Assembly: GCF_001457595.1 (NCBI RefSeq) | Contig: NZ_LN831039.1 | Span: 390,001 to 422,000 of the forward strand | DNA: 32,000 bases | Direction of reading: 5' to 3' | From: Mycolicibacterium smegmatis | Lineage (GTDB): Bacteria; Actinomycetota; Actinomycetes; Mycobacteriales; Mycobacteriaceae | Part shown: positions 1 through 8,351 of the stretch, piece by piece | Layout: every line of letters starts with the position of its first letter | Position numbering within the stretch: position 1 is the first letter of the stretch | Notes under the pieces: generated by a model | Seen by the model: the letters and a program-made list of their open reading frames with translations, nothing else | Told to the model about the DNA's origin: nothing | Databases searched by the model: none | Translations under genes and position numbers: made by a program

Positions 1-2206
1 GCCCGACACGGCCGAGGAGTTCTGGTCGTTGCGCGAGACCCTCATGGAGGAGGCCGACCGGCTGCACCGCGAGCTGTTCACCGGCAACCAGGCCTACGTC
101 GAGGCGTCGGCGAAAGAGGTGCGTGCCCGCGAGGCGCGTGACGCCGTCCAGACCGAGCTGGAACGCGTGCGGCGCCTCGGCTCGTCGCTGCCCAAGACCG
201 AGTACGAGATGCGGGCCCGCATCGCGCGGGCGATCGGCATCCCCGAGCGCGACCTGATGTACGTCGCCGAGCTCATGGAGCTCAAGCCCGATGAGAGCCG
301 CTGGCGCATGGCGGTCGAGAAGGTGCTGCGCGGCGCCGGTCTGCGGCTGCTCGTTCCCGAGGCACACCTCGACGCGGCCCTGCGGTTCGTCAACGAGAAC
401 GACATGCGCGGGCGCATCCAGTTGCAGCACGTCAAGCACGACGCCCAGTTGCGCACACCCCTCGAGGGGACGCTGGCGTCCAAGCTGCAGGTCGTCGACC
501 CCACGCATGACAGCGCGGTCGAGGCGCTCAACGTCATCGCGTCGGTCGGCGACTACATGTGCGTCGACAGTCCCGACGAGTTCACGACACACACCCGTGC
601 GGTCACCGACCAGGGCCTGCGCAAGGACAGCGGGCGGCTGTCGATCAAGGACGACCGGTCCAAGCTTCGTCCGTCCGACTACATCTTCGTCGGCGGCACG
701 GAGGCGAAAGTGGCCGCGCTGCAGGCGGATCTGGCCGCGGCAGAGGATGTCTACGCGGCGGCCCGCAAGGCGCGCGAACGGCTCGACCAGCACCGCGCGG
801 CGCTGCAGGCGCGTGAACGGGCCTGCCGGGCGCTGTGTGACCAGTACATGCAGTGGACCGACATCGACACCGACTCGGCAGACGAGGCACTGACCCGCCT
901 GCAGGACGAACTCGATCTGCTGGTGTCCGACAACCCCGACGTCGAGAAACTGCAGCAGCGCGCCGACGAATGCTGGGGGCGCGTCGAGAAGGTCATCCAG
1001 CAGATCGGCTCGCTCAACGAACGCGAGACACTGCTCGACAACCGGCGCACCGCACTTCTCGAGCTCACCGAGCGGCTCAAGCCCGGCGAGATCTCGCAGC
1101 ATGCGCGCGACACCCTCGACGGGTACGCAGCAGACATCGCGCTACCGCTGGACCTGCTCGACTCCGAGCCGTTCCGCAACGAACTCGTGCGCGTCATCGG
1201 CCGCGAACGTGACCGGTTGCGTGCCGACCGCAACCGCAGCCACGACGAGCTCGCGGGCATCATGGCGGCCTACGACAGCTCGTTCCCCGACGCGATCCCC
1301 AACGACAGCGACGATTTCGACGAGCGCGTGCACGACTACGTGGCGCTGTGCCGGCGAATCGACGAGCGTGAACTGCCCGACGCCTACGAGCGCATGCAGC
1401 GGCTCATCACCGAACAGGCACCTGGCGCGATCCTCAACCTGCACATGATCGCCGACAACGAGGCGCGGCGGATCACCGAGCAGATCGCGCGCGTCAACAC
1501 CGGGCTCGGCGCGGTCGAGTTCAACCGCGGTACGCGGCTCACGCTGCACGCGGGCACGCGTCACCTCGCGGCCGTCGACGAGCTCAACGAGATGGCCCAG
1601 CGCATCTCGGCGCGGGTGTCACTCGTGAGCTTCGGCGACGAGACCGCGATGTTCGAGCAGTACACCGACATCCTGCAGCTGCGGAAACTGTTGGCGGGCA
1701 ATACGCCCGAGGACCGGCAGTGGACGCGCGACGCCCTCGACGTGCGCAACCGGTTCGTGCTGTACTGCGAGGAGCGAGACGCCGAGACCGGCGTGGTGAT
1801 CCGCACGTACAGCAATTCCGGGGACAACTCGGGCGGTGAGCAGGAGAAGCTCATGGCGTTCTGCCTGGCGGGCGCGCTGAGCTTCAACCTCGCCAGCCCT
1901 GGCAGCGCCGACACCAGGCCGATGTTCGCGCAGCTGATGCTCGACGAGGCGTTCTCGAAGTCCGATCCGCAGTTCGCGCAGCAGGCGCTGTCGGCGTTCC
2001 GCAAGTTCGGATTCCAGCTGGTGATCGTGGCGACCGTGCAGAACACCACCACCATCCAGCCGTACATCGACAGTGTCGTGATGGTGTCGAAGTCCGACGC
2101 CTCGGCGCCCAACGCCAGGCCCGTGGCCTCGGTGACCGCGGCGTCGATCGCGGAGTTCGGCGAACTCCGCCGCGGGGCCGAGCCTGAGGCGGTCCCGGCC
2201 CCGTGA
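1..2206 (+). CDS. C-terminal part of SMC-like condensin ATPase, JetC/MksB/EptC (Wadjet/MksBEFG) family; 5' end beyond the window
   Basis: Frame is open to the left edge (PDTAEEFWSLRETLMEE...). Long coiled-coil-like region. C-terminal ABC signature-like SGGEQEKLMAFCLAGALSFNL and Walker B/D-loop-like MLDEAFSKSDPQFAQQALSAFRKFGFQLVIVATV. Confidence 0.85.
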   Translation, partial: PDTAEEFWSLRETLMEEADRLHRELFTGNQAYVEASAKEVRAREARDAVQTELERVRRLGSSLPKTEYEMRARIARAIGIPERDLMYVAELMELKPDESRWRMAVEKVLRGAGLRLLVPEAHLDAALRFVNENDMRGRIQLQHVKHDAQLRTPLEGTLASKLQVVDPTHDSAVEALNVIASVGDYMCVDSPDEFTTHTRAVTDQGLRKDSGRLSIKDDRSKLRPSDYIFVGGTEAKVAALQADLAAAEDVYAAARKARERLDQHRAALQARERACRALCDQYMQWTDIDTDSADEALTRLQDELDLLVSDNPDVEKLQQRADECWGRVEKVIQQIGSLNERETLLDNRRTALLELTERLKPGEISQHARDTLDGYAADIALPLDLLDSEPFRNELVRVIGRERDRLRADRNRSHDELAGIMAAYDSSFPDAIPNDSDDFDERVHDYVALCRRIDERELPDAYERMQRLITEQAPGAILNLHMIADNEARRITEQIARVNTGLGAVEFNRGTRLTLHAGTRHLAAVDELNEMAQRISARVSLVSFGDETAMFEQYTDILQLRKLLAGNTPEDRQWTRDALDVRNRFVLYCEERDAETGVVIRTYSNSGDNSGGEQEKLMAFCLAGALSFNLASPGSADTRPMFAQLMLDEAFSKSDPQFAQQALSAFRKFGFQLVIVATVQNTTTIQPYIDSVVMVSKSDASAPNARPVASVTAASIAEFGELRRGAEPEAVPAP

Positions 2207-2221
2207 CGGCTCTCGAACGTT

Positions 2222-3079
2222 CTAGAGCGGGGTGACCGTCGCGGTCAGGTGCGGATACCCCTTGGTCAGGTGCCGCAGCGTGAGCTCCCAGCCGTCGGCG
2301 TCGCGCTCGACGTAGAGCGCGGCCTTGGCGGGCAGCACCACCGGCTTGGCGAACCGCACCGAGTACTTCACGGCGTCGGGAAGTTGCCCCTCGATGTTGG
2401 CCAGAACGGCTGCGGCGCTGAACATCCCGTGAGCGATCACGGTGGGGAAGCCGAACAGCTTGGCCGCGATCGCGTTGGTGTGGATCGGATTGTGATCCCC
2501 ACCGACCGCGGCGTAGTGCCGGATCTGCCCCGGCGTGATGCGCAGGACCGCGTTGGGCGGCGGCAATTTCGGCTGCTTCTGCGGTGGCGGCTTGGGCTCG
2601 CCGGACAGGCTCGTGCGCTGCTGGTGCAGGAACGTCGTCACCTGGTGCCAGGCCAACTCGTTGCCCACCTTGACGTCGGTGACGATGTCGACGAGCAGGC
2701 CGCGGCGGTGCTCACGCAGGTTCTCGGCGTGCACCGCGACGCCGACGGTGTCGGTCACCGCGATCGGCCGGTACTGCGTGATGTGGTTCTCGATGTGCAC
2801 CGAACCCATTGCCGCGAACGGGAAGTCGAGGCCGGTCACCAGCGACATCACCGCCGGGAACGTCAGCGTGAACGGGTAGGTGAGCGGCACGGCGTCGCCG
2901 AACCGCAGGCCGGTCACCTGGGCGTACTCGGCGACGTTGGCCGGATCGATCGTCAGGTCGTCGACCGTGACGGTGCGCTTGGGCAGGCTCTCGCTGCGGG
3001 TGACGAACGGCAGGGCGCCGACCACGGCCCGCGCCATGTTCTTCAGCCCACTGGGCTGGGTGGTCTGTGTATCGGCCAC
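2222..3079 (-). CDS. htdX: MaoC-like (3R)-hydroxyacyl dehydratase, HtdX-like
   Basis: 285 aa; hotdog hydratase motif GGDHNPIHTNAIAAKLFGFPTVIAHGMFSAAAVL. Gene order htdX-fabG4 divergent from fadA2 matches the mycobacterial Rv0241c-Rv0243 arrangement. Confidence 0.85.
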   Translation of the reverse strand: MADTQTTQPSGLKNMARAVVGALPFVTRSESLPKRTVTVDDLTIDPANVAEYAQVTGLRFGDAVPLTYPFTLTFPAVMSLVTGLDFPFAAMGSVHIENHITQYRPIAVTDTVGVAVHAENLREHRRGLLVDIVTDVKVGNELAWHQVTTFLHQQRTSLSGEPKPPPQKQPKLPPPNAVLRITPGQIRHYAAVGGDHNPIHTNAIAAKLFGFPTVIAHGMFSAAAVLANIEGQLPDAVKYSVRFAKPVVLPAKAALYVERDADGWELTLRHLTKGYPHLTATVTPL

Positions 3080-3080
3080 C

Positions 3081-4433
3081 TCACGCCCCCAGCATCGCCT
3101 GGCCGCACACGCGGATGGTGTTGCCCGTCACCGCGTTCGAGGCGGGGCTGGCGAAGTACGCGATCAACTCGGCCACGTCGACGGGCTGGCCGCCCTGGAA
3201 CAGCGAGTTGAGCCGCCTGCCCACCTCACGCGTGGCGAGCGGGATGGCCTCGGTCATCTTGGTCTCGATGAAACCGGGTGCGACGGCGTTGATCGTGATG
3301 CCCTTGTCGGCCAGCACGGGCGCCAGCGCCTCGGCCAGCCCGATCATCCCGGCCTTGGTGGTGGCGTAATTGGTCTGGCCGCGGTTGCCCGCGATGCCCG
3401 CCATCGACGACAGGCCGATCACCCGGCCGCCCTCGCCGATGGTTCCGTTGCCCACCAGGCCTTCGGTGAGGCGCTGCGGCGCGAGCAGGTTGACGGCGAT
3501 CACCGCGTCCCAGCGCTTCTCGTCCATGTTGGCGAGCAGCTTGTCGCGCGTGATACGCGCGTTGTTGACGAGGATGTCGACCTTGCCGCCATGGTGTTCG
3601 GTGACGTGCGCGGTGATCTTGTCGACGGCGTCGTCGGCGGTCACGTCGAGCGTGAGTGCGGTGCCGCCCACCTTGTCGGCGACGCGCTTGAGATCCTCGG
3701 CCGCACCGTCGACGTCGATCGCCACCACGGTCGCGCCGTCACGCGCGAACACCTCGGCGATCGTCGCGCCGATACCGCGGGCCGCGCCGGTGACCACGGC
3801 GACCTTGCCGTCGAGCGGCTTGTCCCAGTCGGCGGGCGGAGTCGAATCGGCGGCGCCGACGCGGAACACCTGACCGTCGACGTAGGCCGACTTGGCCGAC
3901 AGGATGAACCGCATGGTCGACTCGAGACCCGTGGCGCCCGGCTTGGCGTCGGCCGAGAGATAGACCAGGGAGACGGTCGCGCCACGGCGCAGCTCCTTGC
4001 CCAGCGAGCGCGTGAAACCTTCCAGCGCCCGCTGCACCACCTGTGCGTGGACGCTGCCGGCCTCCGCGGGCGTGGTGCCGACGACGACCACCCGCGCACA
4101 CGGCGCGAGGTTGCGCAGCAGCGGCGTGAAGAACGTGTAGAGCTCCTTGAGGCCCTCGGCCTCGGTGATGCCCGTGGCGTCGAACACCACGCCGCCGAAC
4201 GAATCGGCCCACCGGCCACCGATGTTGTTGGACACCAGGTTGTAGTCGTCGGCCAATGCGGTGCGCAGGGGTTCGGCCACGCGGCCGGATCCGCCGATCA
4301 GCAGCGAGCCCGCCAGCGGCGGGTCACCGGGGCGGTAGCGGCGCAACGTCTCGGGCTGCGGCACGCCCAGCTGCTTGGCCAGGAACGATCCCGGCCCGGA
4401 ATTGACCACTTGGGAAAACAGGTCCGAAGCCAC
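3081..4433 (-). CDS. fabG4: 3-oxoacyl-ACP reductase (SDR), FabG4-like
   Basis: 450 aa; [32 protein letters not shown]-type region, [11 protein letters not shown] active site, preceded by an N-terminal flavodoxin-like/degenerate domain typical of FabG4. Confidence 0.9.
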   Translation of the reverse strand: MASDLFSQVVNSGPGSFLAKQLGVPQPETLRRYRPGDPPLAGSLLIGGSGRVAEPLRTALADDYNLVSNNIGGRWADSFGGVVFDATGITEAEGLKELYTFFTPLLRNLAPCARVVVVGTTPAEAGSVHAQVVQRALEGFTRSLGKELRRGATVSLVYLSADAKPGATGLESTMRFILSAKSAYVDGQVFRVGAADSTPPADWDKPLDGKVAVVTGAARGIGATIAEVFARDGATVVAIDVDGAAEDLKRVADKVGGTALTLDVTADDAVDKITAHVTEHHGGKVDILVNNARITRDKLLANMDEKRWDAVIAVNLLAPQRLTEGLVGNGTIGEGGRVIGLSSMAGIAGNRGQTNYATTKAGMIGLAEALAPVLADKGITINAVAPGFIETKMTEAIPLATREVGRRLNSLFQGGQPVDVAELIAYFASPASNAVTGNTIRVCGQAMLGA

Positions 4434-4476
4434 TTCAGCTGCCTTTCGCTCGCGGTACTACCTTGTCCCTACCGAA

Positions 4477-4492
4477 CTTACTCCAGAGTAAG
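4477..4492. promoter_or_regulatory. Perfect inverted repeat CTTACTC-CA-GAGTAAG in the fabG4/fadA2 divergent promoter region (candidate operator)
   Basis: 7-bp arms, 2-bp spacer, read directly in the 80-bp divergent intergenic region. Confidence 0.6.
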
Positions 4493-4513
4493 AACAGTGG
4501 GTAATATGGGCCC

Positions 4514-5812
4514 ATGGCCAATGAATCGAGACGCCGTGTCGCCGTCCTCGGCGGCAACCGGATTCCGTTCGCGCGATCCGACGGTGCGTACGCCAACGCC
4601 TCCAACCAGGACATGTTCACCGCGGCCCTCGGCGGGTTGATCGACCGGTTCAACCTGGCCGGCGAGCAGCTCGGCGCGGTGATCGGCGGGGCCGTGCTCA
4701 AGCACAGCCGCGACTTCAACCTCATGCGCGAGTGCGTGCTGGGCAGCGCGCTGTCGCCCTACACCCCCGCCTTCGACATCCAGCAGGCCTGCGGCACGGG
4801 TCTGCAGGCCGCCATCGCCGCAGCCGACGGCATCGCCGCGGGTCGCTACGAGTCCGCTGCCGCCGGTGGTGTGGACACCGCGTCGGACGCGCCGATCGCG
4901 TTCGGCAACGATCTGCGCCGCGTGCTGCTCGGCCTGCGGAGGGCGAAGTCGAACGTCGACCGTCTCAAGCTCGTCGGCAAGCTGCCGGCGTCGCTCGGCG
5001 TCGAGATCCCCGTCAACAGCGAACCGCGCACCGGCATGTCGATGGGCGAGCACGCGGCAGTGACCGCCAAGGCGATGGGCATCAAGCGCGTCGAGCAGGA
5101 CGAACTCGCGGCGGCCAGCCACCGCAACATGGCTGCGGCGTATGACGCCGGGTTCTTCGACGATCTGGTGACGCCGTTCCTCGGCGTCTACCGCGACAAC
5201 AACCTGCGCGCCGATTCGAGTGTCGAGAAGCTCGCGAAGCTCAAGCCGGTGTTCGGCGTGAAGGCCGGCGACGCGACGATGACGGCCGGCAACTCGACAC
5301 CGCTGACCGACGGCGCCTCGGTGGCTCTGCTGGCCAGCGAGGACTGGGCGCAGGCCCGCGGCCTGGAGCCGCTCGCGTACTTCGTCGACGCCGAAACCGC
5401 GGCCGTCGACTACGTCAACGGGCCCGACGGGCTGCTGATGGCTCCCACCTACGCGGTACCGCGCCTGCTCGCGCGCAACAACCTCACGCTGCAGGACTTC
5501 GACTTCTACGAGATCCACGAGGCGTTCGCCTCGGTGGTCCTCGCGCACCTGCAGGCGTGGGAGTCCGACGAGTACTGCAAGGAGCGGCTGGGCCTCGACA
5601 AGGCGCTCGGCTCGATCGACCGCACGAAGCTCAACGTCAACGGCTCGTCGCTCGCGGCCGGGCACCCGTTCGCGGCGACGGGCGGCCGGATCGTCGCGCA
5701 ACTGGCCAAGCAGCTCGCGGAGAAGAAGAAATCCACCGGCCGGCCGGTGCGCGGTCTGATCTCGATCTGTGCGGCCGGCGGCCAGGGCGTCGCGGCGATC
5801 CTGGAGGCCTGA
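4514..5812 (+). CDS. fadA2: Acetyl-CoA acetyltransferase / thiolase, FadA2-like (FadI family)
   Basis: 432 aa; QQACGTGLQAAIAAADGIAAG, NVNGSSLAAGHPFAATGGRIV, ISICAAGGQGVAAILE thiolase motifs. Confidence 0.92.
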   Translation: MANESRRRVAVLGGNRIPFARSDGAYANASNQDMFTAALGGLIDRFNLAGEQLGAVIGGAVLKHSRDFNLMRECVLGSALSPYTPAFDIQQACGTGLQAAIAAADGIAAGRYESAAAGGVDTASDAPIAFGNDLRRVLLGLRRAKSNVDRLKLVGKLPASLGVEIPVNSEPRTGMSMGEHAAVTAKAMGIKRVEQDELAAASHRNMAAAYDAGFFDDLVTPFLGVYRDNNLRADSSVEKLAKLKPVFGVKAGDATMTAGNSTPLTDGASVALLASEDWAQARGLEPLAYFVDAETAAVDYVNGPDGLLMAPTYAVPRLLARNNLTLQDFDFYEIHEAFASVVLAHLQAWESDEYCKERLGLDKALGSIDRTKLNVNGSSLAAGHPFAATGGRIVAQLAKQLAEKKKSTGRPVRGLISICAAGGQGVAAILEA

Positions 5813-5830
5813 GAACCCTCGCGGACGGGG

Positions 5831-5862
5831 CCCGAAAAACATTCCAAAAGTTTGTTTTCGGG
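5831..5862 (+). terminator. Hairpin downstream of fadA2
   Basis: CCCGAAAA ... TTTTCGGG (8-bp perfect arms, 16-nt loop) 19 nt after the stop. No clear U-tract. Confidence 0.4.
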
Positions 5863-5881
5863 ACGTGTAACGGAGGCGTCC

Positions 5882-5944
5882 GGGGGGTCGATAGACGAGT
5901 AGCTCCGTGTTGCCGTCTGACCCCCCGACCCGACGGCAACACGG
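5882..5944. other. Strong 13-bp hairpin with an overlapping, mutually exclusive 8-bp alternative stem
   Basis: CCGTGTTGCCGTC (5905-5917) pairs with GACGGCAACACGG (5932-5944). GGGGGGTC (5882-5889) pairs with GACCCCCC (5919-5926), which lies in the loop of the first hairpin. Confidence 0.5.
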
Positions 5945-6026
5945 GGCCATTTACTTCAAGGCTCCGGATGCCGGGGTAGTGCGATTCGATCGAAATTTCC
6001 TCTGGTCTGAGGGGTACCCGAGGCGT

Positions 6027-6044
6027 ACGATCGTTCGTACGACG
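6027..6044. promoter_or_regulatory. Perfect palindrome CGTACGA-TCGT-TCGTACG (candidate regulator site or hairpin)
   Basis: 7-bp arms with 4-nt spacer in non-coding DNA. Confidence 0.4.
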
Positions 6045-6177
6045 GGTTCGGGAGTGGCTTGATCCAAAGAGTCGGTTCAGGGGTGAAAAACCGACGGCGC
6101 GAGACGAGTAGTGACGCCCCCAAAGTGCCCTCCCGAACCCGCCCTTTTGTGTCGGGGCCTCCTGCGCAATCGCTGGC

Positions 6178-6300
6178 GTGGCCGTGCGTCAGCTCGCCCA
6201 GCTGCACGACGAAGGGTTCGCCCGCGTCTGGATGAGCCAGATGCCCTTCGAGCCCGACCTGCTGACCGCGCTGGCCGTTGTGTTAGAACCAGCACCCGAT
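6178..6300 (+). pseudogene. Truncated fragment of a luciferase-like (LLM class, F420-dependent-type) oxidoreductase N-terminal region
   Basis: Frame reads AVRQLAQLHDEGFARVWMSQMPFEPDLLTALAVVLEPAPD, resembling the conserved N-terminal region of LLM oxidoreductases, then runs into unrelated sequence overlapping the opposite-strand gene. Confidence 0.5.
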
Positions 6301-6335
6301 GCTGATGGCGCAGCACGCGTTGACGCTGAGCCTGA

Positions 6336-8204
6336 TCAGCGGCGCACACCGATCTTGAAGATCAGCGCCCGCAGCGCACCGAAGGCGCCGTGACCGCCGA
6401 TGTAGAGGCGCTTGGCGTCATACCCCGCAACATCTTTCATGGTCTCGGCGCCGAAGCGTGCCGCGGCGTTGCCGTCGACGACGGTGACATCCGCGCCGAG
6501 CAGCGCGTGGCGGATGCCGATGCGCTCGGCGCCGGTCGCCGTCGCGACCACCTCGCCGATGCTGCGCTCACCGCCGGTGGCGGGCACCGCGGGGCAGAAG
6601 ATGCCGTGATCGTCGAGGTAGCGGTTGATCTGCTCGACCGTCGCGTCGGCGCCGACGACGAGGCTCAGATTGCCCAGGTTGGCAGCGATGCCGGTGTCGG
6701 TGCCGGTGGTCAGCGCGGCGCCAGGATCGGTGAGCAGCGTGCCTTCCACGGCGTCGCGGACCGCGGTGCCGAACGCCGCCGTGACGGGTTCGTCGGGTGA
6801 CTGCTCGGGCAGCATCACACCCGGATTGAGCAGCCCGGCCGGATCGAAGGCCTGCTTGATCGCGCGCTGGGCGGCGATCTCCACGGGCGTGAAACGCTTG
6901 GTCATGAACTGGATCTTCTCGGTGCCCACACCGTGCTCGCCGGTGATGGTGCCACCCAATCTCAATGCGGCTTCGATGATCTCGTTGTTCGCGGCCGCCA
7001 GAGCCGGGGCCGCCAGCGGGTTGTCCTTGTCGTAGAACGTGGTGGGGTGCAGATCGCCGTCGCCTGCGTGGCCGCACACCGCGATGAACAGCAACCCGTC
7101 CTTGTGCCGGTCGGCGGTGGCGCCGATGGCCTCCTGCATCTCCGGGATGCGGTCGCGGGGCACGGTGACGTCACCGATGAAGAAGCCCTTGCCGCTCTGG
7201 ACCACCGAATCCGGGGCGTGCAGGCGGCCGTACCACAGTGCGGCCCTGTCCTTCTCGTCCTCGGCGATACGAACGGTGGTGGCCCGTTCGCGTAACACCC
7301 GTTCCACGATCGCCTGATCGCGTGCCACCTCGTCGGCAGTGCCGTCGACGTCGATCAGCACGATCGAATCGGCGTCGAGTGGATACCCCGTGTCGTAGAA
7401 CTGCTGCAGGCCCATGATGCCGTCGTGGTCGAGCCATTCCACGGCCGCGGGCACCACGCCGGTCGCGATGATCGCCGCGATGGTGTCGGCGGCCTCACGT
7501 GCCGTGGCGAAGGCGCCCATCAGGCTGTGCGTCACCTCGGCCACCGGTCGCAGCGCGACAGTGGCCTTGGTGACGATGCCGAGGGTGCCCTCCGATCCGA
7601 TGATCAGGCCGAGCAGGTCGGGGCCGTCATCCTCGGCGTCGAGGGTCACGGTGGTGCCGTCGGGCAGGACGACCTCGACACCGAGGATGTGGTTGTACGT
7701 CACTCCGTACTTCAAAGCATGTGGCCCGCCGGCATTCTCGATGATGTTGCCGCCCACGGTGGCCAGATGAGCCGACACCGGATCGGGTGAGAAACACAGG
7801 CCGTAAGGGGCCAGGTGCTCCTGCAGGGCGGAGTTCACCACACCGGGTTCCACGCGCGCGCACCGGCCCTCGACGTCGACGTCGATGATCTGGTTCAGGT
7901 TCGACAGGTCCAGCAGCACACGTCCGCGAGCCGGCATCATGCCGCCGGAGCAGTTCGACGCGCCGCCACGGGGCACGATCGGAACCTGGTGCTGAGACGC
8001 GATCCGCATGATCGCGGCGACCTCGTCACGGTCGTGGGGGTGCAGCAGCAACTCTGCGGTGCCGCCGACACCCCAGAAGTCGTGGCCTCGTGCGTCGAGG
8101 ACCGCACCATCGGTGATCACCTCGGCGTGGCCGGCCACGGCCTCGGTGAACCGGTGGATCAGGGTCTTGTCGACGGTGACGTTCGGTGCAGTGAGAGCGG
8201 ACAT
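6336..8204 (-). CDS. FAD-binding oxidoreductase, GlcD / D-lactate dehydrogenase type, with partial GlcE-like C-terminal extension
   Basis: VPIVPRGGASNCSGG...NQIIDVDVEGRCARVEPGV FAD-binding PCMH motif; HAGDGDLHPTTF; GEHGVGTEKIQFM. Tail VVDGNAAARFGAETMKDVAGYDAKRLYIGGHGAFGALRALIFKIG resembles GlcE. The start at 8204 (MSALTAPNVTV) is chosen over the longer ORF to 8291. Confidence 0.85.
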   Translation of the reverse strand: MSALTAPNVTVDKTLIHRFTEAVAGHAEVITDGAVLDARGHDFWGVGGTAELLLHPHDRDEVAAIMRIASQHQVPIVPRGGASNCSGGMMPARGRVLLDLSNLNQIIDVDVEGRCARVEPGVVNSALQEHLAPYGLCFSPDPVSAHLATVGGNIIENAGGPHALKYGVTYNHILGVEVVLPDGTTVTLDAEDDGPDLLGLIIGSEGTLGIVTKATVALRPVAEVTHSLMGAFATAREAADTIAAIIATGVVPAAVEWLDHDGIMGLQQFYDTGYPLDADSIVLIDVDGTADEVARDQAIVERVLRERATTVRIAEDEKDRAALWYGRLHAPDSVVQSGKGFFIGDVTVPRDRIPEMQEAIGATADRHKDGLLFIAVCGHAGDGDLHPTTFYDKDNPLAAPALAAANNEIIEAALRLGGTITGEHGVGTEKIQFMTKRFTPVEIAAQRAIKQAFDPAGLLNPGVMLPEQSPDEPVTAAFGTAVRDAVEGTLLTDPGAALTTGTDTGIAANLGNLSLVVGADATVEQINRYLDDHGIFCPAVPATGGERSIGEVVATATGAERIGIRHALLGADVTVVDGNAAARFGAETMKDVAGYDAKRLYIGGHGAFGALRALIFKIGVRR

Positions 8205-8351
8205 TTGAACCATTCCTTTGCGGGCCGGGGCTTGGGCGTCCCCTGTAGATTCCCTGTGCGCGCCGCCGAAGTCTGCGCCGTTGTCCCCCAAACCGGGGGC
8301 ACGCTGGCGGTAGATCCCGATGGGTGCCAGCGGGTAGTCCCGCGGTGAACG

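Noticed and set aside
2249-4640. Forward-strand ORFs of 320 and 586 aa opposite htdX and fabG4, and the 490-aa reverse ORF opposite fadA2 (4478-5950)
   Set aside because: No recognisable domains; they mirror strongly supported genes on the other strand.
5831-5862. Classical rho-independent terminator after fadA2
   Set aside because: The stem is perfect (CCCGAAAA/TTTTCGGG) but AT-rich at the inner end and lacks a trailing T-run. Listed only as a low-confidence terminator.
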